From assembly GCA_044070495.1 (NCBI GenBank), contig JBIPSI010000003.1, forward strand, positions 96,001-160,000: a stretch of 64,000 bases of DNA, read 5' to 3'. Both the position numbers and the translations under genes were made by a program. Shown in pieces: positions 1 to 7,885 of this stretch; the first letter of the stretch is position 1, and each line of letters opens with the position of its first letter. The notes beneath the pieces were generated by a model that ran no database searches, had not been told where the DNA came from, and saw only the letters and a list, made by a program, of their open reading frames with translations. Source of the stretch: Spirulina sp. GTDB lineage: Bacteria; Cyanobacteriota; Cyanobacteriia; Phormidesmidales; Phormidesmidaceae.

Positions 1-137
1 TGTAGCTCTACGAGTTTGCCACGATCCAGACTAATCTGCGACTGAACCAACGCCGTGGGCTCCACCACCAACCCCACGGGCTGGAGCATCCCAATCCATT
101 CTTTATGGAAGTATATAGAGCGATCATCGTGAGCCAT
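1..137 (-). CDS. N-terminus of a DrmMI-like / type IIG-like DNA methyltransferase (partial, runs off the window)
   Basis: Not in the ORF track. ATG at 137 reads MAHDDRSIYFHKEWIGMLQPVGLVVEPTALVQSQISLDRGKLVEL, open to base 1. The HxxWxGxxQPVGLVV start resembles, from memory, methylases that follow DrmD; it lies 40 bp downstream of drmD. Confidence 0.6.
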   Translation of the reverse strand, partial: MAHDDRSIYFHKEWIGMLQPVGLVVEPTALVQSQISLDRGKLVEL

Positions 138-177
138 GGGAGTTACGGAGAATCAGGATCAGGTGAAGGGGGTGGAC

Positions 178-3100
178 TTAGCTTGACAGTGGCCATAGAT
201 AAACCAGACCAACAGGTTCAATGCGATCTGCTTTGACCTCATAGGCTTGGCGAATGCGTTGGGGCTCTTCCTCTAGCTCCTGGTCAATCTTGCTAAGACG
301 ATCCTCTAAAAATTGAACGTCCATTTTCAACTGCCGTCGCTCCGCATCGGAAAATTCCAAGGTCAACTGCTGAACTGAATCTCGCTTATCCGGCAGTTCC
401 TTCTCAATCCGTTTCTTCTGGGATTGCAAGAGATCCACCATGGCTTTAGCCTCCCGCTCGCCTCGCTGCGTCAATTCTCGAATCGCCCGTTCCCTTAAGG
501 TTTCGGAACGCTTCTCCAAGTGGGGTAGCAAATCTGACACATCTTGAGCGGCATAGGCTTGAAATTGAATGGCCTCCTGGGGAGAAACCTGACACAGCTT
601 AGGGTCGGCCAAGGATTGATTCAACTCTTCCAATACTTCATCCTTATCGCTGATCGTAAGGGGCCGAAGCTTGCCTCGTCCCCGGTGCTCTGGGGCGATC
701 CACTCTGCCGCAACCGCAAGAATGTCATCATGGAGCCGTGCGGCCCGATTCCCGTAGAGGGATAAACGCCCCAACACAATGACCTTTGGAATTGCTGATC
801 GGGTTCGACATACACAGGCTCGACTGAGTTCATGGTGAACAAAGCCCTGCGCTAGAAAGCGTCCTAACAGTCGTTGCACCAAGCGGTGTTCTAGGTGGAG
901 GTGAACAAACTGCCCATCTAGACTATTAGGATCCTCGAAGATTACTGGACGGATAGATGATTCCCGCCGCCACTCTTGAAAATTTTGCCCCTTCCGTCGC
1001 GGTGCCCGTAGGCTGTCTAGGGTAGCCGCCCAGGATGGATCCCCCCCCAATTGCTGCTCTAGGTGGTCTAGATTCCAAGAACTAGAACCTGCCGTAGGCT
1101 GAAGGGGTGATATTCCCATCAAACCGAGAGAAACCGAGAGGGCATCTTGAAAATGATTGACCTCAAACCCTAGCCATTGCCTGGACTGTTCTAGAAGAAT
1201 TTGCAACTCAACTTGTTGGTTCTGAAGCTTAGATTCTTCTTCCCGAACCGCTTCTAATTCCTCTTTAATCACTCGTCCCTTATCTTTAGTCTCTTGATTA
1301 TCTTGATCGGCCTGTTTAATCAGAAGACTAATCTGCTCTGCATCCTGCTTCTGGATCCCTTGTTTCAGGATACGATCTACATTCTTCTCTAGGACTGGAG
1401 ATAGACTACCTAACTCCTTGGCAATTGTGTCTGTTTTCTCCACCAGGGTTTTCAAGACCTGATCCTCAGGCCGCTGGTGATAGACGAAATAATGACAACG
1501 CACCACGGGTTCTCGTTGGAGCTTGCGGTCAATCCGACCATTGCGCTGCTCCATCCGACTAGGATTCCAGGGCACATCGAAATGGAAGAGGTCAGCACAA
1601 TAGTTCTGGAGGTTGACCCCCTCTCGTGCCGCATCGGTGGCAATTAAAATCCTGAGAGGATGATCTTGAGGATTGGCATTAAACGCTGCTTTAATCAGTT
1701 GCCGTTGTTCATCTCCCATCCCGCCATGGAAGGTCGCAATGCGTTCCTCTGCCTGGTCAGTTTGGGCAATCATCTCCTTCAGTTGGATTTCTAGATAACG
1801 CTTCGTATCGGTGTATTCCGTAAAAATTAAGACTCGACGATTATTCCAGACTGCTCCAGGATGACCTAGATCAGGACAGAGATTTTCCTTGAGCCAATCA
1901 AATAATTTAAGGATTCGACCATCGGCCTGATGACGAGCTTTTTCAGCGATCACAGTCATTTCTTCCAACAGGTCTAATTCCCGTTGACTAATGTCTGTCT
2001 CTGAAGTGGCCTGGGTGGCCGCAGCCATCTGGTTATCTTCTTCCTGCTCTAACTCCTGCTCATCTACCTCAGCCCGATCATCATCGAACCCAACACTATT
2101 TTCCAGCAGATCATATTGAGCCAACAGGTGAGGAGCTTGATTCGTTGCCTGTCGTTCAATACTGGCTCGGTGTACCTTGAGCGTCCGGGCAAAAGCCTCA
2201 ATGGACGAGAGTAAGCGCTTTTGCAGCGAGATGACTACCAGCATGGCTGCCCGCTGATTAGACGCTGAGGTCTTTTTCAGTCGCTTCTGACGACAGCTTC
2301 GATATTCTTGCAATAAATCGGACAATACTAATTCAGGGGCATCCTTTGGTAGTCCATCAATGTTAACTGGCTCCACCTTTCGTTCAGGAAAGTCTGTAAT
2401 TTGAATGGCCCTCAGATCCTTCTTGAGCCGCCTTACCATTACATCCTCTAGCAGCTTCTTACTGCGCACTGGTATCCCCCGACAAAAGCGTTGGGGATCT
2501 AACATTTCAAGTAACGCAGCAAAACTATTAGAATGGCCATTGTGAGGTGTGGCCGATAGAAATAGCTTGTGCTCAAACAACGGACATAATTCCCGTACCG
2601 TCTTCGTGAGTTGAGAATCTATGGCATAACGAGAACTACTCGCGGGAGCAGCATTATGGGCCTCATCTAAAATAAATAACGTTTTGCCATCCGTAGCGCT
2701 TAACCAGTCCCTCAACGGGGCTGCATAGGTTTCATCCCGCAACAGCGCATGGGAGATGATAAAACGGTTATGGGTTTTCCATGGGTTAATGCCATATCCC
2801 CGCTGTCGTCGTTTCTGGGCCACATAGGCACGGTCAAACACCTGGAACAACAGTCCAAAACGGCTTTCCATTTCCTCCTGCCATTGCTGCACCACAGAAG
2901 GAGGACAGGAAATCACCATACGTTCGACCTTTTGACGCAGAATCAATTCTCGTAGAATCAAGCCCGCCTCGATTGTTTTACCGAGTCCTACGTCATCGGC
3001 AATAAATAAAGACACCCTCGGCATTTGCAATGCCTTTCGTAAGGGTTCTAACTGATAAGCCTTGACTTGAATCCCAGCCCGATATGGAGATTGGAATAAG

Positions 3101-3405
3101 TTGACTTTAGTAGACGTGACACAGTTCCACCGCAGGGTGTGGAGGTAGGCGGAGAAGCGATCAGGTTGGTCAAATCCTCTTTGTCCCACAACATCCCAAG
3201 AGGAATCCCCGAGAACACGAGCATCTAGTTCTTGGTTCCAAAAGACAGCAAGGGGTTGTCCCTGAGCATCATCCTCGATACAGGCGAGATGAACGGTGGC
3301 ATCTCCCTTCGATTCTTGAGGGCTTTCTACCTGCTGCACCAAATAGCGACGGGAACGAACGTGGACTACCTGACCAGGCATAGGCATTGACCGATCTTCC
3401 ACCAT
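178..3405 (-). CDS. drmD: DISARM-type SNF2-like helicase DrmD
   Basis: 1075 aa; SNF2 motifs ADDVGLGKT, DEAH, SATPHNG, TDAAREGVNLQ, QRNGRIDR; N-terminal PGQVVHVRSRRYLV and C-terminal IEPVGLVYLWP typical of the DrmD family. Confidence 0.85.
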   Translation of the reverse strand: MVEDRSMPMPGQVVHVRSRRYLVQQVESPQESKGDATVHLACIEDDAQGQPLAVFWNQELDARVLGDSSWDVVGQRGFDQPDRFSAYLHTLRWNCVTSTKVNLFQSPYRAGIQVKAYQLEPLRKALQMPRVSLFIADDVGLGKTIEAGLILRELILRQKVERMVISCPPSVVQQWQEEMESRFGLLFQVFDRAYVAQKRRQRGYGINPWKTHNRFIISHALLRDETYAAPLRDWLSATDGKTLFILDEAHNAAPASSSRYAIDSQLTKTVRELCPLFEHKLFLSATPHNGHSNSFAALLEMLDPQRFCRGIPVRSKKLLEDVMVRRLKKDLRAIQITDFPERKVEPVNIDGLPKDAPELVLSDLLQEYRSCRQKRLKKTSASNQRAAMLVVISLQKRLLSSIEAFARTLKVHRASIERQATNQAPHLLAQYDLLENSVGFDDDRAEVDEQELEQEEDNQMAAATQATSETDISQRELDLLEEMTVIAEKARHQADGRILKLFDWLKENLCPDLGHPGAVWNNRRVLIFTEYTDTKRYLEIQLKEMIAQTDQAEERIATFHGGMGDEQRQLIKAAFNANPQDHPLRILIATDAAREGVNLQNYCADLFHFDVPWNPSRMEQRNGRIDRKLQREPVVRCHYFVYHQRPEDQVLKTLVEKTDTIAKELGSLSPVLEKNVDRILKQGIQKQDAEQISLLIKQADQDNQETKDKGRVIKEELEAVREEESKLQNQQVELQILLEQSRQWLGFEVNHFQDALSVSLGLMGISPLQPTAGSSSWNLDHLEQQLGGDPSWAATLDSLRAPRRKGQNFQEWRRESSIRPVIFEDPNSLDGQFVHLHLEHRLVQRLLGRFLAQGFVHHELSRACVCRTRSAIPKVIVLGRLSLYGNRAARLHDDILAVAAEWIAPEHRGRGKLRPLTISDKDEVLEELNQSLADPKLCQVSPQEAIQFQAYAAQDVSDLLPHLEKRSETLRERAIRELTQRGEREAKAMVDLLQSQKKRIEKELPDKRDSVQQLTLEFSDAERRQLKMDVQFLEDRLSKIDQELEEEPQRIRQAYEVKADRIEPVGLVYLWPLSS

Positions 3406-3833
3406 TACGCTTCCCTCCTTAACTCATACACCCGCTGCCACTCCGCCGCCGTCACCTTGAAGTTAGTAGCATTGGGCTGGCGCAGCACCGTCAATGACTT
3501 CAGCACTGGATCTTGCTTCAGGTCACTTCGCAGCAGGGGCTGCTCCAGCAGCTTGTCCGTGAACCGTAGGGTGGCAAAGGGCTTTGTCCCCAGGCGTGAC
3601 TTATCCAGCCAGTAGCCGATATCAGGCGGCTCCGGCATCGGCTTGGGGGTGTCGATGATTTCTGCCATGGCATAGATCCCGGCCTCTGGCCCTGACATCC
3701 ATATCAGCACTCCATCACCAGGCTGCATGTCCTTGGCATAGCGCGTCACCAGCCAGGGCATTTGAGTGAAGTCTCGAATGCCGTCTAGGATGCGGTAATA
3801 CTTGGGATTTCCTTGAAAGAGCCAGTAGGCCAT
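3405..3833 (-). CDS. EVE domain protein (PUA-like, modified-base reader family)
   Basis: MAYWLFQGNPKYY...W...MQPGDGVLIW...GIYAMAEI...LRQPNATNFKVTAAEWQRV; likely start ATG 3833 (142 aa); its stop overlaps the drmD start (TAATG). Confidence 0.85.
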   Translation of the reverse strand: MAYWLFQGNPKYYRILDGIRDFTQMPWLVTRYAKDMQPGDGVLIWMSGPEAGIYAMAEIIDTPKPMPEPPDIGYWLDKSRLGTKPFATLRFTDKLLEQPLLRSDLKQDPVLKSLTVLRQPNATNFKVTAAEWQRVYELRREA

Positions 3834-4102
3834 TAGAGCATCATCCCCAGAACATCCCCACCGCAAAACAAGGCATTAGGAATGCCTGACTACTTTGGGT
3901 TTACCGAAACAACGACCAGGGAGAACGACCAACCCACATAGCCTGGGAATGCCTCAAACTCAGCAGCATCCCCAGCTAGAGATATTTACTTCACTCAGAG
4001 TACCCATCCGTATGACGAAATCACACATTACAAAACTAAATATTCTGACCTTGGGAAAAACCACTTGGCGGGGTTGCTGGAGTTCCACCACCGAGGACAG
4101 AC

Positions 4103-4284
4103 CTACCCCACGACGGTATCCTCCTCCAAGTCTTTGAACGCCTGTTCGAGGGCCATCCTACCCACTGCCGCCTTCTTGCGTTTGGCCTTAGCTGCTGCCT
4201 GGGTAAGCTGCTGGTGCAAGGACTCTGGCATATCCACGGTAAAGCGGATGATGCGCTCTGGGGATGTCGGGGTGGGGTGGCCAT
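4103..4284 (-). pseudogene. Frameshifted CopG/ParG-like ribbon-helix-helix regulator
   Basis: A minus-strand frame absent from the ORF track reads ERIIRFTVDMPESLHQQLTQAAAKAKRKKAAVGRMALEQAFKDLEEDTVVG* (beta-helix-helix pattern). It has an upstream in-frame TGA, and the nearby ATG (4284) is in another frame. Confidence 0.6.
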
Positions 4285-4359
4285 GACTTTTTCAGTCGAT
4301 TGAAGTTATTGTTTGATGGGATATTCTTTCAGGCCGATTAAATGGGATTAATTAGATAC

Positions 4360-5058
4360 TTAATCATTGTTATATATTGGTTCTAGGAGGCTGCCATCTT
4401 TTTCAATCTTCGTTTCGGCTTCTTTTTCTTCCTCGTCTTCCTCGTCTTCCTCGTCTAGATCAACTTCCCTCCATACGCCAATGAGATACCCTACTAAGTT
4501 CACTTGGCTCGACAACAGCTCTAGTGTAGGACTATTGTGATTCCAAGACTTGAGAATTACTTTGTCTCCGCTTCTATAAAAACCCGCAAATAGCAATCCC
4601 TCTGTAGTACGAGCAACGACTGCTGTACCATCCTGAACTGAGTCTCGATTTCCTATAGGACGAATTAAGACAACGTCACCCCCGGTAATCATAATGTCCT
4701 TAAATGAACACTCTTTCTCAACCTTAAGGGCAAAATCATCACTCCTGATAGGGATACCGGAAAAGTTCAAGCGTTCTACGGTATCCGTAAAAGCCTCCTT
4801 AACAAAGCCAGCCGCAATTGACCCTAATATAGGAAGCCCTCGACAATCTTCCCGGCAACTTATAGTTCGACCATGGCCTTCGGACCACTCTATATAGCCC
4901 TTGTTTTTTAGATACGTTAAACGAGCAGCCACAGACGAAACGGACTTTAAGCCAAGAGCTTGCATCATTTGGCGTAAAGAGGGGGCATGCTGATGCTTTG
5001 CAATGTATTCCACTATCCAGTCATAAAGTTCCTGTTGGGCGGAAGTGAGGGATTCCAT
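4360..5058 (-). CDS. LexA-family repressor paralogue (wHTH + degenerate S24 domain, acidic tail)
   Basis: LTSAQQELYDWIVEYI..HQHAPSLRQMMQALGLKS wHTH; LPILGSIAAG cleavage region; G.LIGVWR end. The catalytic TLKRF position reads LFAGF. Confidence 0.85.
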   Translation of the reverse strand: MESLTSAQQELYDWIVEYIAKHQHAPSLRQMMQALGLKSVSSVAARLTYLKNKGYIEWSEGHGRTISCREDCRGLPILGSIAAGFVKEAFTDTVERLNFSGIPIRSDDFALKVEKECSFKDIMITGGDVVLIRPIGNRDSVQDGTAVVARTTEGLLFAGFYRSGDKVILKSWNHNSPTLELLSSQVNLVGYLIGVWREVDLDEEDEEDEEEKEAETKIEKDGSLLEPIYNND

Positions 5059-5095
5059 ACATAGGGAAGCTAATAGGGTTTCATTGGGGCTTTAA

Positions 5096-5216
5096 GGATC
5101 TTCTGGGGTTGTGACTGAGCCTGTATGGGTAAATACATTTTGCTACCACTCAAGGGGCTGAAACCCTTGCCGTGCTTGATACAAGTCAAGCTTATCGCTA
5201 GATGACCAGAAGATCC
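5096..5216. mobile_element. 121-bp MITE-like element
   Basis: Perfect 11-bp terminal inverted repeats GGATCTTCTGG (5096-5106) / CCAGAAGATCC (5206-5216), non-coding interior; no clear target duplication. Confidence 0.5.
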
Positions 5217-5227
5217 GCCTTTGATTC

Positions 5228-5398
5228 CTACCGACTCCTCCGATCTAATCCTTCCAGCAAGGTATAGATATGTGAAGCCATGAGCGTAGGCGTGGCAATC
5301 AGCGCGAGATCGCCACGCGATCCTTCAGATAGACAGAGCCAAAGAGTCAGCAGAAATACACAAGCCGTGTAGGCTTGACGTTTGGTAATATAGAACAT
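5228..5398 (-). CDS. Candidate 56-aa hydrophobic peptide (possible type I toxin)
   Basis: MFYITKRQAYTACVFLLTLWLCLSEGSRGDLALIATPTLMASHIYTLLEGLDRRSR*; basic residues then a hydrophobic stretch; below the ORF-track cutoff; no good RBS. Confidence 0.3.
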   Translation of the reverse strand: MFYITKRQAYTACVFLLTLWLCLSEGSRGDLALIATPTLMASHIYTLLEGLDRRSR

Positions 5399-5405
5399 AT
5401 GTTCG
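5375..5405 (+). promoter_or_regulatory. Sigma70-type promoter overlapped by a LexA/SOS box
   Basis: TTGACG (5375-5380)-N17-TATGTT (5398-5403); box AGAACATATGTTCG (5392-5405) with perfect GAAC-N4-GTTC dyad. Confidence 0.65.
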
Positions 5406-5409
5406 ACGC

Positions 5410-5498
5410 GTTAAACGACGTTGTGGGACATCCTCTGCAAACCCAAAAAGCAGAAGGTTCATAGGCGGAGCAGTGTTGGAGCACTGCTCCGCCTTTTT
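5410..5498 (+). ncRNA. Candidate ~90-nt small (antisense) RNA
   Basis: Short interval between the promoter at 5375-5403 and an intrinsic terminator ending 5498; no meaningful ORF on this strand. The start site is an estimate. Confidence 0.45.
5463..5498 (+). terminator. Intrinsic terminator
   Basis: 13-bp perfect stem AGGCGGAGCAGTG-TTGGAG-CACTGCTCCGCCT followed by TTTT. Confidence 0.75.
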
Positions 5499-5529
5499 AG
5501 TTGTCCTAGGGAGAGAATTAACCTCCTTT

Positions 5530-5559
5530 ATAGTACATACGTTCGATAATGTTTGTCCA
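5530..5559 (-). promoter_or_regulatory. Minus-strand sigma70-type promoter overlapped by a LexA/SOS box
   Basis: Minus strand TGGACA (5559-5554)-N18-TACTAT (5535-5530); box AGTACATACGTTCG (5532-5545), close to the cyanobacterial consensus RGTAC-N4-GTWC. Confidence 0.6.
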
Positions 5560-5851
5560 TAGGTGATCCTGAATTCTATGGCTATAGGCAAGTCCCTAGA
5601 GGTTTTGAGGCACTCTGGAACTCCCTGAAGGTCTGGATGTAGGTCAAGGACTGAATTTGCTTATATCCACCCAATTGCCTCTACCTTCTCGCCAACCGAC
5701 ACAACCTTGTTCTGCATCGTGTGATTCCTCACATTCGTCAAAGGAAGGGTTTCCATACTCATACGAAAGCCAGATTGGGTGCTCATAGCGTCACTGTTAC
5801 GACGGCCTTTACGACGGGCATTCTGAGGGAATCAACGTAACCTTTGACACC

Positions 5852-7708
5852 ATGGCTACCCTCATCCCCGCCTACAGCGCTGTCTCTGGCCGCATGACCA
5901 ACGGCGAAAAGCGGCTGGCTGAACGGCTGGAAGAGAAGCTAGAGGATGACTACCTGCTTTGGTACGACGTTCCCGTAGGGAAAAAACGGCTGCATCCCGA
6001 CTTCATCATCCTGCACCCCCTGCGCGGGCTGATTGTCTTGGAGGTGAAGGACTGGAGCCTAGACAACATCAAACAGTTCAACCCCGACAGCTTCACGGTG
6101 GTCATGGGCGACGGGGAAAGACCCTGCAAAAATCCCCTCGAACAGGCCCGTGACTACGCCCTCGCCATTGCCAACCAGCTACAGCGGGACAAACAACTCA
6201 CCCAGGCCGCTGGCCCCCACCGTGGCAAACTCGCCTTTCCCTACAGCTACGGGGTGGTCTTCACCAACATCAAGCGCAAGGATTTGGACAAAGCCTACTT
6301 CTTCGAGCCCATGCTAGAAGAAATCCTGCCCTCCACCCTGGTCATTTGCCAGGATGAGATGCTGCCCAGCACCGACCCGCTGGCCTTCCAAGAGCAGCTA
6401 TGGAACCTGGCCACCTACCAATTTGGTGAAACCCTCACCCCAGCCCAGATTGACCGCATCCGCTGGCACATCTTTCCTGAGATTCGCATCAACGATAGCC
6501 TTTCTGGGCCTGCCACCAGCGATGAAGACATCACCATTCCCGATATCCTGCGCGTGATGGATCTCCAGCAGGAGCAACTAGCCCGTAGCCTGGGCGATGG
6601 CCACCGGGTTATCCATGGCGTTGCGGGCTCCGGCAAAACCATGATCCTGGCCTACCGCTGCATCCACCTGGCCGAAACCATCGACAAACCGATCCTCGTG
6701 CTGTGCTACAACGTGGCCCTGGCCGCCATGCTGCGCCAAAAACTTCATGCGGAAGGAGTGGGCCACCGGGTCACCATTCGCAACATCCATAAATGGTGCA
6801 GCGATCTACTGAAGCTGTATCAAATCCCAAGGCCCAGTTCCAACCAATTTAAGGGCGATGCCTACTACGACGAAATCATCCGTCGTGTCCTTAATGCCGT
6901 CACATCAGGCCGGATTCCCGCTGGCCAGTTTGGGGCGGTGATGATCGACGAGGGGCATGACTTCAAATCAGAGTGGTATCAACTGGTGGTGCAGATGGTC
7001 GATCCTGACACCGATTCCCTGCTGGTGCTCTACGACGATGCCCAGAGCATCTACGAGAAACAACAACGGCAAAGCTTCAGCTTCAAGAGCGTGGGGGTCA
7101 AAGCCCAGGGCCGTACCAAGATTTTGCACATCAACTACCGCAACACCCAGGAGATTCTGACCATTGCCTACGAGTTTGCCAAGGAGCTGCTGACCCCCAC
7201 CGAAGGCAAGGATGACGATACCCCCGTCCTGGTGCAGCCGGAAACCGCAGGTCGCCACGGGCCACCGCCACGGTTGATTAAGCTGCCCAGCTTCCGCCAT
7301 GAGGTTGATTACCTAACCCAGCAGGTGCAAGCCTTCCACAATCAAGGAACCCCCTGGAACGATATCGGTATCATCTACCGCACGAAGTTCATGGCCGAAG
7401 AAGTGTCCAAGCACTTCCAGCGAGAAGGTATCCCGGTGGAATGGATCAACCGGGACAAAGCCAGCCGCGACTACAGCACCACCCAGGACAGCATCAAACT
7501 GGTGACGATGCACTCCAGCAAAGGGCTAGAGTTCCCCATCGTCTGCATCCCCGGCCTGGGCTTCATGCCCAACCGCTACGGTGAACCCGACGATGAAGCC
7601 CGGTTGCTCTATGTGGCCATGACCAGGGCCATGGAGCAGTTGGTGATGACCTGCGATAGACAATCCACCTTTGTAGATCGGTTGGAGGGGATGTTGGAGA
7701 AGGCTTAG
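5852..7708 (+). CDS. NERD nuclease-domain / UvrD-like SF1 helicase
   Basis: N-terminal PDFIIL...LEVKDW (PD-(D/E)xK, NERD-like); GVAGSGKT, MIDEGHD, NYRNT, TMHSSKGLEF, LYVAMTRA. Confidence 0.85.
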   Translation: MATLIPAYSAVSGRMTNGEKRLAERLEEKLEDDYLLWYDVPVGKKRLHPDFIILHPLRGLIVLEVKDWSLDNIKQFNPDSFTVVMGDGERPCKNPLEQARDYALAIANQLQRDKQLTQAAGPHRGKLAFPYSYGVVFTNIKRKDLDKAYFFEPMLEEILPSTLVICQDEMLPSTDPLAFQEQLWNLATYQFGETLTPAQIDRIRWHIFPEIRINDSLSGPATSDEDITIPDILRVMDLQQEQLARSLGDGHRVIHGVAGSGKTMILAYRCIHLAETIDKPILVLCYNVALAAMLRQKLHAEGVGHRVTIRNIHKWCSDLLKLYQIPRPSSNQFKGDAYYDEIIRRVLNAVTSGRIPAGQFGAVMIDEGHDFKSEWYQLVVQMVDPDTDSLLVLYDDAQSIYEKQQRQSFSFKSVGVKAQGRTKILHINYRNTQEILTIAYEFAKELLTPTEGKDDDTPVLVQPETAGRHGPPPRLIKLPSFRHEVDYLTQQVQAFHNQGTPWNDIGIIYRTKFMAEEVSKHFQREGIPVEWINRDKASRDYSTTQDSIKLVTMHSSKGLEFPIVCIPGLGFMPNRYGEPDDEARLLYVAMTRAMEQLVMTCDRQSTFVDRLEGMLEKA

Positions 7709-7885
7709 CACTTATAGCTTTTGCGCTTAGGAGTGGCGTTTGTATGATTGCCCTTAGCCTTATCTACAAGAGCCTGCATTGCGCCCTTGTCTGTCTTAAA
7801 TTTGGCAAGTGGTTCATCATACTGGTTGATCACTGACAACCAAGTTTCTCTAAGCTAGGATTGCGGTATTTGAGCTATCGGCAGC

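Noticed and set aside
4036..4284. 82-aa ORF as a real protein
   Set aside because: No recognisable features; the neighbouring frame carries the RHH signal.
5325..5591. 88-aa ORF from the track
   Set aside because: Non-ATG start; runs through a promoter, an SOS box and a hairpin; no motif.
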